Source of the DNA: Flaccisagitta enflata
Taxonomy: Eukaryota
DNA: 64,000 bases
Assembly: GCA_965153355.1 (NCBI GenBank)
Contig: OZ231126.1
Span: 39,060,001-39,124,000, forward strand
Reading direction: 5' to 3'
Position numbers and translations under genes: made by a program. The notes under the pieces were generated by a model. That model did no database searches and was not told the origin of the DNA. It saw only the letters and a program-made list of their open reading frames with translations. This document shows positions 1 through 14,287 of this stretch, piece after piece (within the stretch, counting starts at the first letter, position 1; every line of letters starts with the position of its first letter).

Positions 1-244
1 TTATCTATTTTTGGTAAGCATTAGTGTTTTTATTTGGGTTAGACTCAGAATGAATGCTCGCTCAGTAGGTTTTGCTAGATGGAAAACTAGGAGTGATGCG
101 CGTAGTAATTAGTCAGTAAGGGCTTACAAAGCCCTCTTCCATATTTCTCAATTCTCAGATTCGGTATAGTGAGGGATATGGCATATGGAAAGGCATATGG
201 ATGAAGATTTTTAGACAGAGACCACGAAACTTAGACGACGAAAG

Positions 245-464
<220 letters not shown>

Positions 465-674
465 CGGATGGACAGAAAGACAATCAGACGGATAGACAGA
501 CAGACGCATAGGTAGAGGCCAGGGCTAAGGATGCTCGGGATTTTCAAGAGCGTTCTCGTTCGCGTTTTCCAGCAGCTCGCGCATCGCGTTGCGCATCGCA
601 TCCAGCGTTTTTGGTTGCTAACGCATTCGCGTTACGCGTTTTCAACGCTTCCTACAATTTTTATCTTAGAAAAA

Positions 675-805
<131 letters not shown>

Positions 806-1674
806 GAAGAAACAAGCAAAAGAAGAAGAAAGAAGAAGGAAAGAAAGTAAGAAAGAAAGAAAGGAAGAAAGGAAGAAAAGGAGGAAGAAATGAGGAAAGG
901 ACAAAAGAAGAAAGAAGAAGCAAAGAAGGAAAGAAAGAAAGAAAGAAAGAGAGAAAGAAAGAAAGAAACAAACAAAAAAAAACAAAGAAACAAAGAAACA
1001 AAGAGAAAAGAAAGAAAGAAAAAAAAAGAGAAAGAAAGAAAAAAAAAGACAAAAATGAAGAAAGAAAAAAGAAAAGAATGAAAGAAATAAAGAAAGAGGA
1101 GAAATAATTGAATGGATGGATGGACAGGGGCGTCCAACCCCCATCTACATCCCAATGCACCACATGTACACAAACATACAAATAAAATACTCATTTTGAC
1201 TTGTGCTGACAGACCGACAGACCAACAGACCAATGGATGGACGGACAGACAGACAAAACCTTTCATAGAATTGCATGTCCGCAACTAAAAAGCTTCCAAA
1301 AATCTTATTTTTCCCATTTTTCAACTTGTGCTGATGGACAAATGGACAGACAGACAAAGCCTCTTATAGAGTTGCGTGTCCGCAACTAAAAACAAGTTAC
1401 CAGAGGTCACAATATTTTCATACACACACGCGCACACACACACACACACACACACACTAAAAACCAATGAACAAAGTGATGGATGGACAAGAGAAAAAAG
1501 AAAAAATTCTTAGTTGTAGAAGAATAAAACAGGAGGGGGATGTCAATTTTTAGTCGCGGACTAGCGACTCTATAAGAGGCTTTGGGTGCGTTTCTACTCC
1601 GAGCCAGAGTCGCGATTCTGAGGCAGGTTTTGAAATTCGCGTTTTTGCCACCCTCATCCTGAAAAAATATTAGC

Positions 1675-1760
1675 TTTTTGCTGGGATCGAACCCACGTTC
1701 AAAAGCAATATCTCAACAAGTTAGAAGCATGCGCCCTAACTACCCGCGCCACCGAGACTC
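1675..1760 (-). ncRNA. tRNA-like / SINE-head Pol III unit
   Basis: Minus strand reads GAGTCTCGGTGGCGCGGGTAGTTAGGG (A-box-like) ... GGGTTCGATCCC (B box/T-arm), followed by T6 at 1662-1667. No convincing canonical cloverleaf by eye. Confidence 0.5.
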
Positions 1761-1904
1761 CTACACAAAGCTGAGAAATTTTTTTTGCTAGATATCTTTA
1801 AGAAAGAGACAATTGAAGGGGATAGCCATTACAGAACTGAACCCCCATAAAGTGATCCAAAGTTCTAGAAATCGGCCACCAAAATTCAGCTGATTTGTGA
1901 GTAT

Positions 1905-2000
1905 GCCGTAGTGGCGTGACTGGTAAGGACATTGACCCCAGCTACTGATAAGTCAATTTCATCAGACAACTTGGAGTAGGTTCGATTCCACCTTGTGCTT
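1905..2000 (+). ncRNA. tRNA-like / SINE-head Pol III unit
   Basis: GCCGTAGTGGCGTGACTGGTAAGG (A-box-like), GGTTCGATTCC (B box, 1979-1989), then T6 at 2005-2010. Confidence 0.5.
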
Positions 2001-2987
2001 TAAATTTTTTCAGGAAGAGTGAAGTAAAATCGCGATTTGCAGAACCCACATTAGAAACGTGTTTCTGTCTTTGAGCAGAAACACACCCTTTGTCCGTCCA
2101 TCCGTCGGTTGGTTGGTCGGTTGGTCGGTTGGTCGGTCGGTCGGTCCGTCACGCTCGAGTCGAAAAGTGGGAAAACACGCATTTCCGCCCCTGCCCACCC
2201 GTCCGCGACTGGTATTGGCCGTGTATCCGGCCTTGTTTTAATGCCCTCTTGTTTTGAATTTTAAGGTCTAGGACAAGGCCAAGGCAAAAAAGCATGGATG
2301 CGAACGCTTTGGTAAGGATGCGCGTTCGCATCCACTCCCATATTTCATCAAATGCGTTCGCATCCTTATCCGCGTTTAGCAAAATCTCGCGCATCCTGTG
2401 CGTTCGCATTCGCATCCCGGATCGCATCCTTACCCCTGGTAGAGGCACAAAGAGAAATAGAGACAGACAGACAGACGGAGAAACATACAGAAATGGGCAG
2501 ACGAACTGACAAACAGACTGATACAAAACAGACAGAAAAGAATGGCAGACAGCCGAGTGGAAAAACAGATGAGCAGACAGGCACAAGACCTAAGCACAAT
2601 CAGACAGACAGAAAAATAAAGAAGCGAGAGATTTTCGGTGTCCTTATCCCCGTTTAATGCTATAATGATACCACTACAACGGATGTGATTTTAGGGATAT
2701 TTCCGTAAACATGTCTGCACAATCCTAAATATGACCGCTCTCTGTCAAGATGCTTGCATGAATGTATGCAGTACACCGTAATTCGTAAAGATTTAATGGC
2801 AACCAAATTGACCAAAAGTACGAAAAAACAGCCCCTTTTACGACGAATTGCGCCCCCTGTCGTTTAAGAAGACTTGGCTCAGCGGCGTGTCACTTGACCC
2901 TCGCAGCTTGATGCCCGCCGAAACAGCGCCATCTGAATGGCACCCCCCTTGGCGCCTAAAGCTCGTCTTTCTCGTGCCGCGCCATAT

Positions 2988-3049
<62 letters not shown>

Positions 3050-3741
3050 GCCTGATTTGGCTCAGTCATTCGGCGCCTCTTGGACAAAATAAAGAAAATG
3101 GCCCGATTTGGATGCAGAGCTGTGCATTAAAACGTTCATTACCAATCAAATAATCATTATTCATGCAAATGAGAGTATGTACACGTTAAAAGCGATGGTC
3201 TTACCCATCACGGCATTTCTACACTTAGCGTAGATGATGTTTCCTTTTTTTTGCCTCAATGTCTTCACGTGCAAAGATAACTTTGATTGCAATAGTCCAT
3301 CGATGTTTCCGTTCTAATGACGTTCGTTCTACCGTCTTAAGCCGTTGCATATTGTTTCATAGATTGTAATGTAATGTAAAAGGCGAAGTTCATGACTACA
3401 GATAGTCAGTGTTTAAAGCAAGTCATGCAATTTCACTGATGTTCGGGCAATGGTCTCCATCACTTTGCTCGTGTTTCTTTGGCTCTTTGGTCTCTCCGTT
3501 TCTCTGTCCTTGTTGATATCTCTGTTCGTCTTTGCTTGTTATTCTATCTGCGTGTAAGTGTGTGTGTGTGTGTCTCTCTTCTCTTTCTTTTCCTCAGCGG
3601 TTCCTCGACACAGCCTTGTCCTATTCCTTCCCTTGCTACCCCTCCATTCCTCTCTCCTCCTCCTCCGCCTCCTCCTCCTCCTTTCCCTATGGGATTTCTC
3701 TCCGATTTCCCGATGACGGATTTCTTGTCGTTCTGCGAGGA

Positions 3742-3748
3742 TATAAAA
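3742..3748 (+). promoter_or_regulatory. Candidate TATA box of noggin-like copy 1
   Basis: TATAAAA ~400 bp upstream of the ATG, with an Inr-like ATTCAC ~27 bp downstream. Copy 2 reads TATAACA (14561-14567). Confidence 0.45.
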
Positions 3749-4145
3749 GCGCGCTCCGTCAAATCGATATTCACAACCAAATATTTGCCTCGAGCAAACA
3801 AAAATCAATCAACCCTTTCCTTCCTCTCTTTATATCTCTGTATCTCTCTTCCACGTTCTGGTAATCAACCATCGCATCGGTTAGTCATACCATCGTTGAT
3901 AACCACGAAGAGAAGAAACAACAACAAACACTTTCAACGTTTCCACTTCGCTACTTCGGAAAAAAAAATTCATTCAAATCAAATCAACGAAAAAACAAAC
4001 AATTCGCAAAAACATCTTCTGCGTCAATCCCAATCTATCAAGAAAATCTCGCCATCTAATAACTAAGGATCAAAAGAAACCAAATCTGTCTCTACTTACT
4101 TTGGAGGATCCAAAACTGTTTCTTGAATAAAAAACTACATTGACA

Positions 4146-4949
4146 ATGTCTCCCTGTCAAGTCGTCTCCGTCCTCGTTTCCGTCGCCCTCATTTCCGGCA
4201 TCTTCGTCGTCGTCGATTCCAAGGCGTTGATGCCCAATTCCATCGCCGCCGCCGCTGCCGCCGCCGCTTCCTCGTTATCCTCCTCCCCGGGCGTCGTTCT
4301 CGGCGCCGCGTCTCCGTCCAACGTGGCCGCCGCCGTCGCCGCCGCCAAGTCGCTGACGCCATCTTCGCGTCGCGTGGCTTCGCTTTTCCGTCAGAGTCTC
4401 TTCCAAGCGTTTGTCGAGGCTCAAAGTCAAGGAGATTGGTTCCGCAATTTGGAGCTGCTCGGCCGCGACAACTTCGTCGAGGACTTCATGTCGATCCAAG
4501 ACCCTCGTCAAGGCTCCGAAGCCGGCGCTTTGCTGGCGGAAACCACGGACAGTCTCCGCGAAGCCGAAATCGCGGCTCAAGTGGAAAACGTCTTCGCTAA
4601 AGAAAAGAAATTCGCGTCGACGCGTTTGGGACAAAAGATGAAGAGGAAGTTGGCCAAGATGCTCGCCAAACGCACCAACTGCCCCGTCGTCTACGAGTGG
4701 CAAGATCTCGGCGAACATCATTTTCCGCGCTACATTCGTACCGGCAGCTGCTCGCAGAAGAGATCGTGCAGTTTTCCGTCGGGAATGGGCTGCAAACCGG
4801 CGGAACAATCCCATTTGACGCTTCTCAGAAGATTCTGCGGCGCCAGAAGATGGGGCAAAGCTGAAGTGGAACCTTTCAATCCCGACGCAACTTGTAGATG
4901 GATCTCTATCAAATACCCCATCGTTACGAAATGCTCTTGCTCTTGTTAG
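4146..4949 (+). CDS. nog: Noggin / noggin-like secreted cystine-knot protein, copy 1 (267 aa, intronless)
   Basis: Hydrophobic signal peptide; LLGRDNFVEDFMS matches noggin LLGGHYDPGFMA. The C-terminal CPVVYEWQDLG..FPRYIRTGSC...SCSFPSGMGCKP...LTLLR..C...C.WI.IKYPIVTKCSCSC has all nine noggin cysteines. AATAAA at 5393-5398. Confidence 0.93.
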   Translation: MSPCQVVSVLVSVALISGIFVVVDSKALMPNSIAAAAAAAASSLSSSPGVVLGAASPSNVAAAVAAAKSLTPSSRRVASLFRQSLFQAFVEAQSQGDWFRNLELLGRDNFVEDFMSIQDPRQGSEAGALLAETTDSLREAEIAAQVENVFAKEKKFASTRLGQKMKRKLAKMLAKRTNCPVVYEWQDLGEHHFPRYIRTGSCSQKRSCSFPSGMGCKPAEQSHLTLLRRFCGARRWGKAEVEPFNPDATCRWISIKYPIVTKCSCSC

Positions 4950-5498
4950 ATGTCCCCCAACCCCCTCAACCGCCATTCTTTTTTGGGTTTAAGTATGGGA
5001 AATATCGTTTTCACTGTCTAACATGCGATCCGGCCACCCCCTGGCCACTATACCCCTCATATCAATGACTTAACATTATATCGGCCGCGTACCTTATTAC
5101 CTCAACGTGCTCAATTGCGTTCTGTGAACGCTCCGTCTATATTGTGATGTATCTCGATCTCAATTTGATTGTAGAGTGTTGATTTCAACCTTATTTTATT
5201 AATCTTCGTGTCATAATAACATCCGTTACTCTCGTTGTATAGAATGTTGTTCATAAAAAATGTTGAATATTTTGATGTAGATTGCTCCTTTTCTCCCTCG
5301 ATTCTATCGTATCGTATTGTTCATTGTTTTTGACATTGCCTCTTGAAATTTGATCTCACTCGCTAACTATTCAAATGTATTTTATAATTTCAAATAAAAA
5401 CTGGGAAAGTCATCTTTGATGAAAAAAAAACGTTTAAATCATTGAAAAAGAAAAGTCACAGGTGCGCCAATCGAAACCCGAGACAGTTCAAGCTAGCT

Positions 5499-5599
<101 letters not shown>

Positions 5600-6111
5600 A
5601 ACTTCTGTCTTGCGACCATGTGATTGCGGCGGCAAGAGTCTCCGATGATCGTCATGGATTTTGTTTTGTCGTTTTGTTGTTGTAAGACTGAGACTAATCG
5701 TGAATTCGACACCAATGACCAACAGTCCGTCTAATTAGTCTTGGACTCTTTGACCCATTCAGTGAGAGAGCAATCGCAGACGACGATAGAGACGACGGAG
5801 AGAGCATGCAGGAGTTCAGTTTTGACGATGACGACGATGGCGATGGCGATAACGATGACGATGACGACGACAATGAAGGAGTCTGCCAATGTATCGAATA
5901 CCAGTTTAACGAGTAGTTATGACGAAGATGACGCCTTCGCAATCGAGGGTGGTGACGGGGCCGAGAGGAAGGGGGCGCCATTGCACACAGCGCCACCAAT
6001 CTCTACCACGTGGTGCCGAAGTAACAGTGCAGCGGCGCCAATGAACATAGCGCCCCTCCTACCGTAGCTGTAGAGGTGGGGCGACACCGAGCTATATAGA
6101 TAGAAAGTGTC

Positions 6112-6237
<126 letters not shown>

Positions 6238-6248
6238 AACAACAACAA

Positions 6249-6279
<31 letters not shown>

Positions 6280-6771
6280 AACAAATTTACCGCCAACTAC
6301 AACAACAATAACAACAACAAAATATTTAACGCCAACGAAAACAACAAAAACAACATATGGCAATATGCCGAAAACAAGCCCGACTGGGCAACTCGATGGT
6401 CGATACTTCATCCGTCATTTCGGAGAGGCATGACGAACCAACGTATGGATGGAAGGACGGACGGACGGACGGACGGACGGACGGAAGGACATACGATCTA
6501 TCTGCTATGGCGTATCTAAGAAGGGGTTTTTGATAACGAAGTTGAAACAAGAGTACTTGAGCTATTGAAGCAAGTAACAGAAATTCTCTCGTCAGGATGA
6601 TGAGGAAGAAGATTTGGATGATTTCGCAGACGATCGCAATTAATCGCTGATCACCTGTTGTCCATTCACGCCTCTTTCCTTTGTTTCCTCTCTGTTCTTT
6701 CTTTCTTTCTTTTTTTCTTTTTTTCTTTGTTTCGTTCTTCCTTTCTTTTTTTTTTTCTCTCCTTCTTTCCT

Positions 6772-6842
<71 letters not shown>

Positions 6843-6871
6843 CTCTTTCTTTCTTTCTTTCTTTCTTTCTC

Positions 6872-6945
<74 letters not shown>

Positions 6946-6969
6946 TTTCTTTCTTTTTCCTTCCTTCCC

Positions 6970-8125
6970 TTTTTGGGCAGCGGCCCCAAGGCCGGGCAAA
7001 GGGCCGATGTCCTGTAGAACACAGGGATGAACTATTACATATGTAAGTCTGACTGTCCCCCCCAGCTTGTTGGTCCAAATCTCAGCCTGTTAGCCCAAAT
7101 CCCAGTCTATTGGCCCAAATCCTCTCCCACTGGCTTGAGTCCCAGCCTGCTGGCCCAAATCCCAGCCTGCTGGCCCAAATCCCAGCCTGTTGAACCCAAT
7201 CCCAGCCTGTTGACCCTAGCCTCAAGGCCCTAATTCCAGCCATAGGGCTCAATTGAATAATTATTAGCCTTAAAGCCTAAATCCAGACAAAATCTCAGCC
7301 TTTAGACTCAAATCCCTGCATCCAGACCCAAACATCAGCCAAATGACCCTTAGCCCACCTAAATAGATCAACTCTGAAACCACGCCTTACATGTGTAACA
7401 AGGCCGTAAACACTACAGGACAGCCGCGGATGGTTGGGCAGGAGCAGTAATGCAATACCGCTTGCAATTCAGAAATGTTACGGACCAACAGACCAACACG
7501 GCAAGGTGTAGAGTAGCCTGTCCGCGACTGAAAATAGTCACAGGTGGACTTACATAACGGTTCACCCCTGTGTACTACAGGACACCAGCCCTTTGATGCT
7601 GATGCCCTGCTTTCACCCCACTACTTCACATGATCACTCCAAGCAGAGCATCAGGTACCGCTGCCCATGTGCGATCCTTGGATGACTAGTTCTTTTCTTT
7701 CTTTTGTTGGTTTATTCCCTTTTGGGCAGCGGCCCCAAAGGGGCCGATGACCTATGCTTTAACATATGCAGAAATTTCTCCTCCTACGTTCCCCCCCTGC
7801 TTTTAGTCTCAAGGACCAAATTCCAGCCTCGAGGCCTAAATTCCAGCATCAAGGCCCAAATCTCAGCCTTGAACCCAAATCTCAGCCTTGAGGCCCAAAT
7901 CCCAGCCTCCAGGGCCAAATCCCAGCCTCCAGGCCCAAATCCCAGCCTCCAGGCCCAAACCCCCAGCTCAAAGCTCAAATCCCAGCCATGAGGCTAAAAT
8001 CCTTGCCTCTAGGCTCAAGTCCCAGCTTCTAGGCCCAAATTCCAGCCTCTCTCACCGCCGAACACCCTCATACACTCACATAGGGGCAACGGGTACCTCT
8101 GACCATCTAACGCTTTTGCGACTAT
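6970..8125 (+). mobile_element. Two copies of interspersed repeat family 2 (GGGCAGCGGCCCC ends, internal ~21-bp tandem CCCAAATCCCAGCCT), with a family-1 fragment nested
   Basis: The same architecture recurs at ~24195-24770, ~25185-25650 and ~61800-62455, and in the duplicate at ~17700-18850. The palindromic subterminal motif and T-rich flanks suggest a Helentron/HINE-type element (inference). Confidence 0.7.
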
Positions 8126-8356
8126 TTACTTTTCTTCATGATTTCTTGTATCGTCTTGTTTCGTCTTGTTCAGTGTTATTGTCTGTCATACTATCTTTCT
8201 GATTGGTGTTTTTCTCTGTCCGAATGTCTAATTGTGTCTGTCTGGCTAAATGTCAGTCCGTCTGTCTGACCGTTATTTTAACCGTGTTTTTCAGATGGTT
8301 GCCTGTCTCCCTTTCTCTGTCTGTCTGTTTGTCTGTCTGTCTGTGTCAGTCTGTCT

Positions 8357-8822
8357 CAGGGTTGAAAGGGTGGATAAATCCGTTTGAAAAATCCGTATTT
8401 ATCCGGATGGATAAAAATGGACTTTTTCAAGTGAATTTTGAAAAAATCTGGATTTTTCTGGATTTTTTCAAGTTTCTATTTTAAAATGGTCAAACTTGTA
8501 GGAAAATGATATTGAATGATCTCAAATCATCATTAGGACAAACATTTGTCGTCTCACAGATTTTGCTCTGTCTCTGAACGTAAGAGGGCATTTGTTTCTG
8601 GGTCAGTTGAACTGCTCTGTGTCCCCTTTATTAATCATTTATAGTGTTTTTCTAAAACCTTATCATTGTATGCCCTCTATCAACTTTCAAACGAGTACTT
8701 AATCACATTGTATAGCACATTTTAGAAAAAAATCTTTAAGTTGAAAAAATCCATGATTGAATCCGGATTAATCTAAAAAAATCAGGATTTCAATGGATTT
8801 TTTCAAACAAAATGGAACCCTG
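8357..8822. mobile_element. hAT-like MITE (duplicate at 19085-19550)
   Basis: CAGGGTT...AACCCTG termini; flanks GTCTGTCT / GTCTGTCA (7/8 TSD match); repeated AATCC/GGATT subterminal motifs. Confidence 0.75.
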
Positions 8823-8908
8823 GTCTGTCACTATTTCTAAGAAATTTGAACAACATTACTACTCAACCCCTATCTTACCTACCCTATCTTTGTCTCTTTC
8901 CTTCTGTT

Positions 8909-8978
<70 letters not shown>

Positions 8979-9457
8979 CCTTCAGTGCATTCACACTCAT
9001 GGATTAAAAGGTCATGTCGAACAAGTAAAAAACGTACGAAGGCGCGTTATTTCTGACCAGCTCGCAGAAGAAGAACAAGAACAAGTAGAAGAAGAACAAG
9101 TAGAAGAAGAAGAAGTAGAAGAAGAAGAAGAAGAAGAAGAAGAAGAAGAAGAAGAAGAAGAAGAAGAAGAAGAAGAAGAAGAAGAAGACGAAGACTACTG
9201 GACCGAATCCTCGAGGTTATTTATAGTGGTCATTTTTTGGAAATCCTGGTTTCTCGGATGAGTGCGATGGGTAATCATGAGCTGGAAGGATCCCTCAGGC
9301 GCCAATTCACACGCATTCATTCACACGCATTCATGGTGTTAAAAAAAGAAAACATCCCTCGAAGACAGGAGAGAAAATCCTCAAGACGAGTCGTAATTCT
9401 CAGACTGCTCATTGTTGAGGTTGTTATTGTCTGCACCACTACCAATTGATGGGTTAG

Positions 9458-9590
<133 letters not shown>

Positions 9591-9656
9591 CTTGAACGTA
9601 ATCCCAAGTCAGGTTCTTAAAGTTTTGTTGTTGTTGTTGTTGTTGTTGTTGTTGAC

Positions 9657-9746
<90 letters not shown>

Positions 9747-9761
9747 TCGTCGTCGTTGTCG

Positions 9762-9845
<84 letters not shown>

Positions 9846-11039
9846 TTGTTTTGTCACAGTATTGATGCATATTTTCCACATTTCAATTCTTTGTTGGTGT
9901 TCTTTTATCAATTGGTTGCGGTTGCACTGATTTTGGAGCCGCGAATCGAACCAATACTTTTAACTGGTAATAACCATTACTTGACAAAAATCGGGGTTGT
10001 GCGGCTAGTTTTGTGCAAGCATTGGACTTAACAAAGCCATGAAGTTTGTCTCTAAAAAAAGAAAAAATTATAATGCCATATTTTCGTCGTTTACCTGTTG
10101 TAGTGATTATTGGGAAAAAAATCGAAAAACGTTTTTCGATTTTTTGAGTTTCGCTTAGGAATTAATTTTTTCCATTTTCGCTTGAGGCGTTTTGAGGAAG
10201 TTGAGTCACGACTAGGCTCGCCCGAGGCTGGGGTTGAAATTGGTACAGGGTGAAAGAGGGCACTTTTTTACACCTTCTGGAAAAAATCAGGGCACTGTCG
10301 GACCAATACTTTAGGCGCTATGAATTTTTTAATCTTTTTTTATTTTTTCACATTTTCCACATTTTTCTCAAAGATCTTTATTTTTCATCGATCTCAATTT
10401 TGAGCCCTAAATAACTATAAAAATGAGTTCAGCAGAGGGCAGAGGGAGGGAGGGAGAGGGAGGGAAGGAGAGGGAGGGAGAGAGAGGGAAGGAGAGGGAG
10501 GGAAGGAGAGGGAGGGAGGGATAGGGAGGGTGGGAGAAGGAGTAAGGGAGGGTGGGAGAGGGGGAGGGAGGGAGGGAGGGAGAGAGAGAGTAGGAGGGAG
10601 AGGGGGAGGGGGAGGAAAAGGGAAGGAAAGAGAGAGGGAGGGAGGGACAGAGAGAGAGAGCGAGGGGGAGGGTGAGGGGGAAGGAAAAGAAGGGAGAGAG
10701 AGAGAGAGAGAGAGAGGGAGGGGTAGGAGGAGGGAGAGATTGAGGGAGGGAGAGAGGGAGAGAGAGGGGGAGGGAGAGGGGGAGGGAAAGGGAGGAAGAA
10801 AGAGGGAGGGAGAGGGAGGGAGGGAGAGTGAGGGAGAGGGGAGGGAGAGTGAGAGGGGGAGTGAGAGACAGGGGGAGGGCGAGGGAAAGCGGTGGAGCCG
10901 AGGAGAAGAGAGAGTGAAGGGAGTGAGTTGGAGGAGGAAAAGAGGGAGAGAGGGAGGGAGGGAGAGAGGGAGGGGGAGGGAAGGAGAGAGGGAGGGAGCA
11001 CGGGAGGGAGACAGAGAGAGAGAGAGGGTGAGAGTCACA

Positions 11040-11096
<57 letters not shown>

Positions 11097-11270
11097 CAGC
11101 CCTTACGATTTTTTTCCGGTCGGCGAGAGCCGCCTTTACTGGTATTCTTTTTACTCTCATTTCTAAACGGTTTGAGCTATGTAATTGGGGTTGGTGGCAT
11201 TTGAAAGAAAATTCGATGTAGTTTTAAAATCTCACCTTCTGTTTGTCTGTCTGTCAGTCACTCACTCACT

Positions 11271-11347
<77 letters not shown>

Positions 11348-11775
11348 CCTTCAGTGCATTCACACTCATGGATTAAAAGGTCAGGTCGAACACTTAAAAA
11401 AGTACGAAGGGGCAGAGGAAGATGAAGAAGAAGAAGAAGAAGAAGAAGAAGAAGAAGAAGAAGAAGAAGAAGAAGAAGAAGAAGAAGAAGAAGAAGAAGA
11501 AGAAAACGAAGACTACCGGACCGAATCCTCGAGGTTATTTATAGTGGTCATTTTTTGGAAATCCTGGTTTCTCGGATGAGTGCGATGGGTAATCATGAGC
11601 TGGAAGGATCCCTCAGGCGCCAATTCACACTCATTCATTCACACGCATTCATGGTGTTAAAAAAAGAAAACATCCCTCGAAGACAGGAGAGAAAATCCTC
11701 AAGACGAGTCGTAATTCTCAGACTGCTCATTGTTGAGGTTGTTATTGTCTGCACCACTACCAATTGATGGGTTAG

Positions 11776-11952
<177 letters not shown>

Positions 11953-12006
11953 CTTGAACGTAATCCCAAGTCAGGTTCTTTAAGTTTTGTTGTTGTTGTT
12001 GTTGAC

Positions 12007-12133
<127 letters not shown>

Positions 12134-12174
12134 CGTCGTCGTCGTCGTCGTCGTTGTTGTCGTTGTCGTTGTCG

Positions 12175-12239
<65 letters not shown>

Positions 12240-12249
12240 ATTGTTGAAG

Positions 12250-12287
<38 letters not shown>

Positions 12288-13611
12288 ATTGTTGTTGTTG
12301 TTATTGTTATTGTTGTTTTTGTTTTTGTTTTGTCACAGTATTGATGCATATTTTCCACATTTCAATTCTTTGTTAATGTTCTTTTATCAATTGGTTGCGG
12401 TTGCACTGATTATGGAGCCGCGAATCGAAGCAATACTTTTAACTGTTAATTAACATTACTTGACAAAAAAGGTCAATTTGGTCGCGAGTACATTTTGGAA
12501 TAAACCCAACATTGACCCCAGCTACTGATAAGTCAATTTCATCAGACAACTTGGAGTAGGTTCGATTCCACCTTGTGCTTTAAATTTTTTCAGGAAGTAG
12601 TAAAATCGCGATTTTACCCGAACATTAAGCGTGTTTCTGTCTTTGAGCAAACACCCTTTCCGTCCATCAAAGTGGTTGGTTGGTCAAGTTGGTCGGTTGG
12701 TGGGTCGATTACGGTCCGTCACACTCAGTCGAAAAGTACAGGTGAAAACACTGTTCACCCTGCCCACCGTCCGCGACCTGGTATGGCGTATCGGCATGTT
12801 TTTAATATATCTGTTTTGGGTACTGGGGTCTGGGCGACCGGCAAAAAACGTGGATGCGAACGCTGTAGAGATGCGCGTTGCATCCACTCCATATTTCATC
12901 GCATAGTTCATGGCCGTGTATCCGGCCATGTTCAAAGTCTCGCGCATCCTGTGCGTTCGCATTCGCATCCCGGATCGCATCCTTACCCCTGATAGAGGCA
13001 CAAAGAGAAATAGAGACAGACAGACGGACGGAAAAACATACAGAAATGGGCAGACGAACTGACAAACAGACTGATACAAAACAGACAGAAAAAAATGGCA
13101 GACAGAAAGGCAATCAGCCGAGTGGAAAAACAGATGAGCAGACAGGCACAAGACCTAAGCACAATCAGACAGTCAGATAAATAAAGAAGCGAGAGATTTT
13201 CGGTGTCCTTATCCCCGTTTAATGCTATAATGATACCACTACAACGGATGTGATTTTAGGGATATTTCCGTAAACATGTCTGCACAATCCTAAATATGAC
13301 CGCTCTCTGTCAAGATGCTTGCATGAATGTATGCAGTTCACCGTAATTCGTAGAGATTTAATGGCAACCAAATTGACCAAAAGTAAGGAAAAAAACAGCC
13401 CCTTTTACGACTAATTGCGCCCCCTGTCGGTTAAGAAGACTTGGCTCAGCGGCGTGTCACTTGACCCTCGCAGCTTGATGCCCGCCGAAACAGCGCCATC
13501 TGAATGGCACCCCCCTTGGCGCCATCTGAATGGCACCCCCCTTGGCGCCTAAAGCTCGTCTTTCTCTTGCCGCGCCATATGCGTGTCGATTGTGTTTCTA
13601 ATTCGCCATCT

Positions 13612-13695
<84 letters not shown>

Positions 13696-14170
13696 TAGCT
13701 CCAGTCATTTCAGCTTTTCTCTTGAACCAAACAAAAAAAATGCTTGGATGGATGCAGGCTGTGCTGTTAAAACGTTCATGCAATCAAATAATCGTATTCA
13801 TGCAAATGAGAGTAATAACACATTAAAGCGATGGTCTTATCAGCATTTCTACACTTAGCGTAGATGATGTTTCCTTTTTGCCTCAATGTCTTGATGCAAA
13901 GATGCTGATTGTTTCAGTCATCGATGTTTCCGTTCTAATGACGTTCGTTCTCCGTCTTGGCATTTACATATTGTTTCTGGGTGTAATGTAATGTAAAAGG
14001 CGAAGTTAAAGCACTCTGTGAGTCAGTGTTACAACGTCGCACAATTTCCACTGATATTCGGGCAATAGTCTCCATCACTTTGCTCGTGTTTCTTTGGCTT
14101 TTTAGATCTCTCCCATTTTCTCATCATGTTTCGTCTCTCTGTTCGTCTTTGCTTGTTATATCTGCATTGT

Positions 14171-14228
<58 letters not shown>

Positions 14229-14232
14229 TGTG

Positions 14233-14287
<55 letters not shown>

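Larger units (their letters stand above)
1584..2088. mobile_element. MITE with ~85-bp imperfect TIRs and 3-bp TSD (PIF/Harbinger-like), containing two tRNA-like units
   Basis: Left end GGGTGCGTTTCTACTC..TCCTGAAAAAAT and right end ATTTTTTCAGGA..GAGCAGAAACACACCC are inverted. TTT is duplicated at 1581-1583 and 2089-2091. Confidence 0.75.
1547..2238 (+). mobile_element. HINE/DINE-1-like (Helentron-associated) interspersed repeat, family 1, split by a MITE
   Basis: 5' TTTTAGTCGCG..GCGACT palindrome, GGTY/GTCC microsatellite core, 3' CCCTGCCCACCCGTCCGCGACT and the hairpin GGCCG-TGTATC-CGGCC-TTGTT. The halves join perfectly when 1584-2088 plus one TTT is removed. Confidence 0.7.

Noticed and set aside
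3479-4066. 195-aa ORF upstream of noggin (and 14295-14885)
   Set aside because: Non-ATG start, low-complexity pyrimidine tract plus probable 5'UTR; the N-terminal halves differ between copies.
4275-4976. Antisense ORFs over noggin, the receptors, gag and pol
   Set aside because: Shadow frames of real coding sequence; the noggin antisense ORF is not conserved in length between copies.
5741-6067. Acidic/Thr-rich ORFs downstream of noggin
   Set aside because: Built on (GAC/GAT)n repeats, with no recognisable domain or supported splice structure.
9237-9449. GNHE (metallophosphoesterase-like) motif in the triplicated B segment
   Set aside because: Isolated 4-residue match with no other family motifs and no convincing exon boundaries.
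10430-11092. Pro/Ser/Leu-rich ORFs and G-quadruplex-like purine tract
   Set aside because: Degenerate GGGA/GA simple repeat plus (CA)n, ordinary for this genome.
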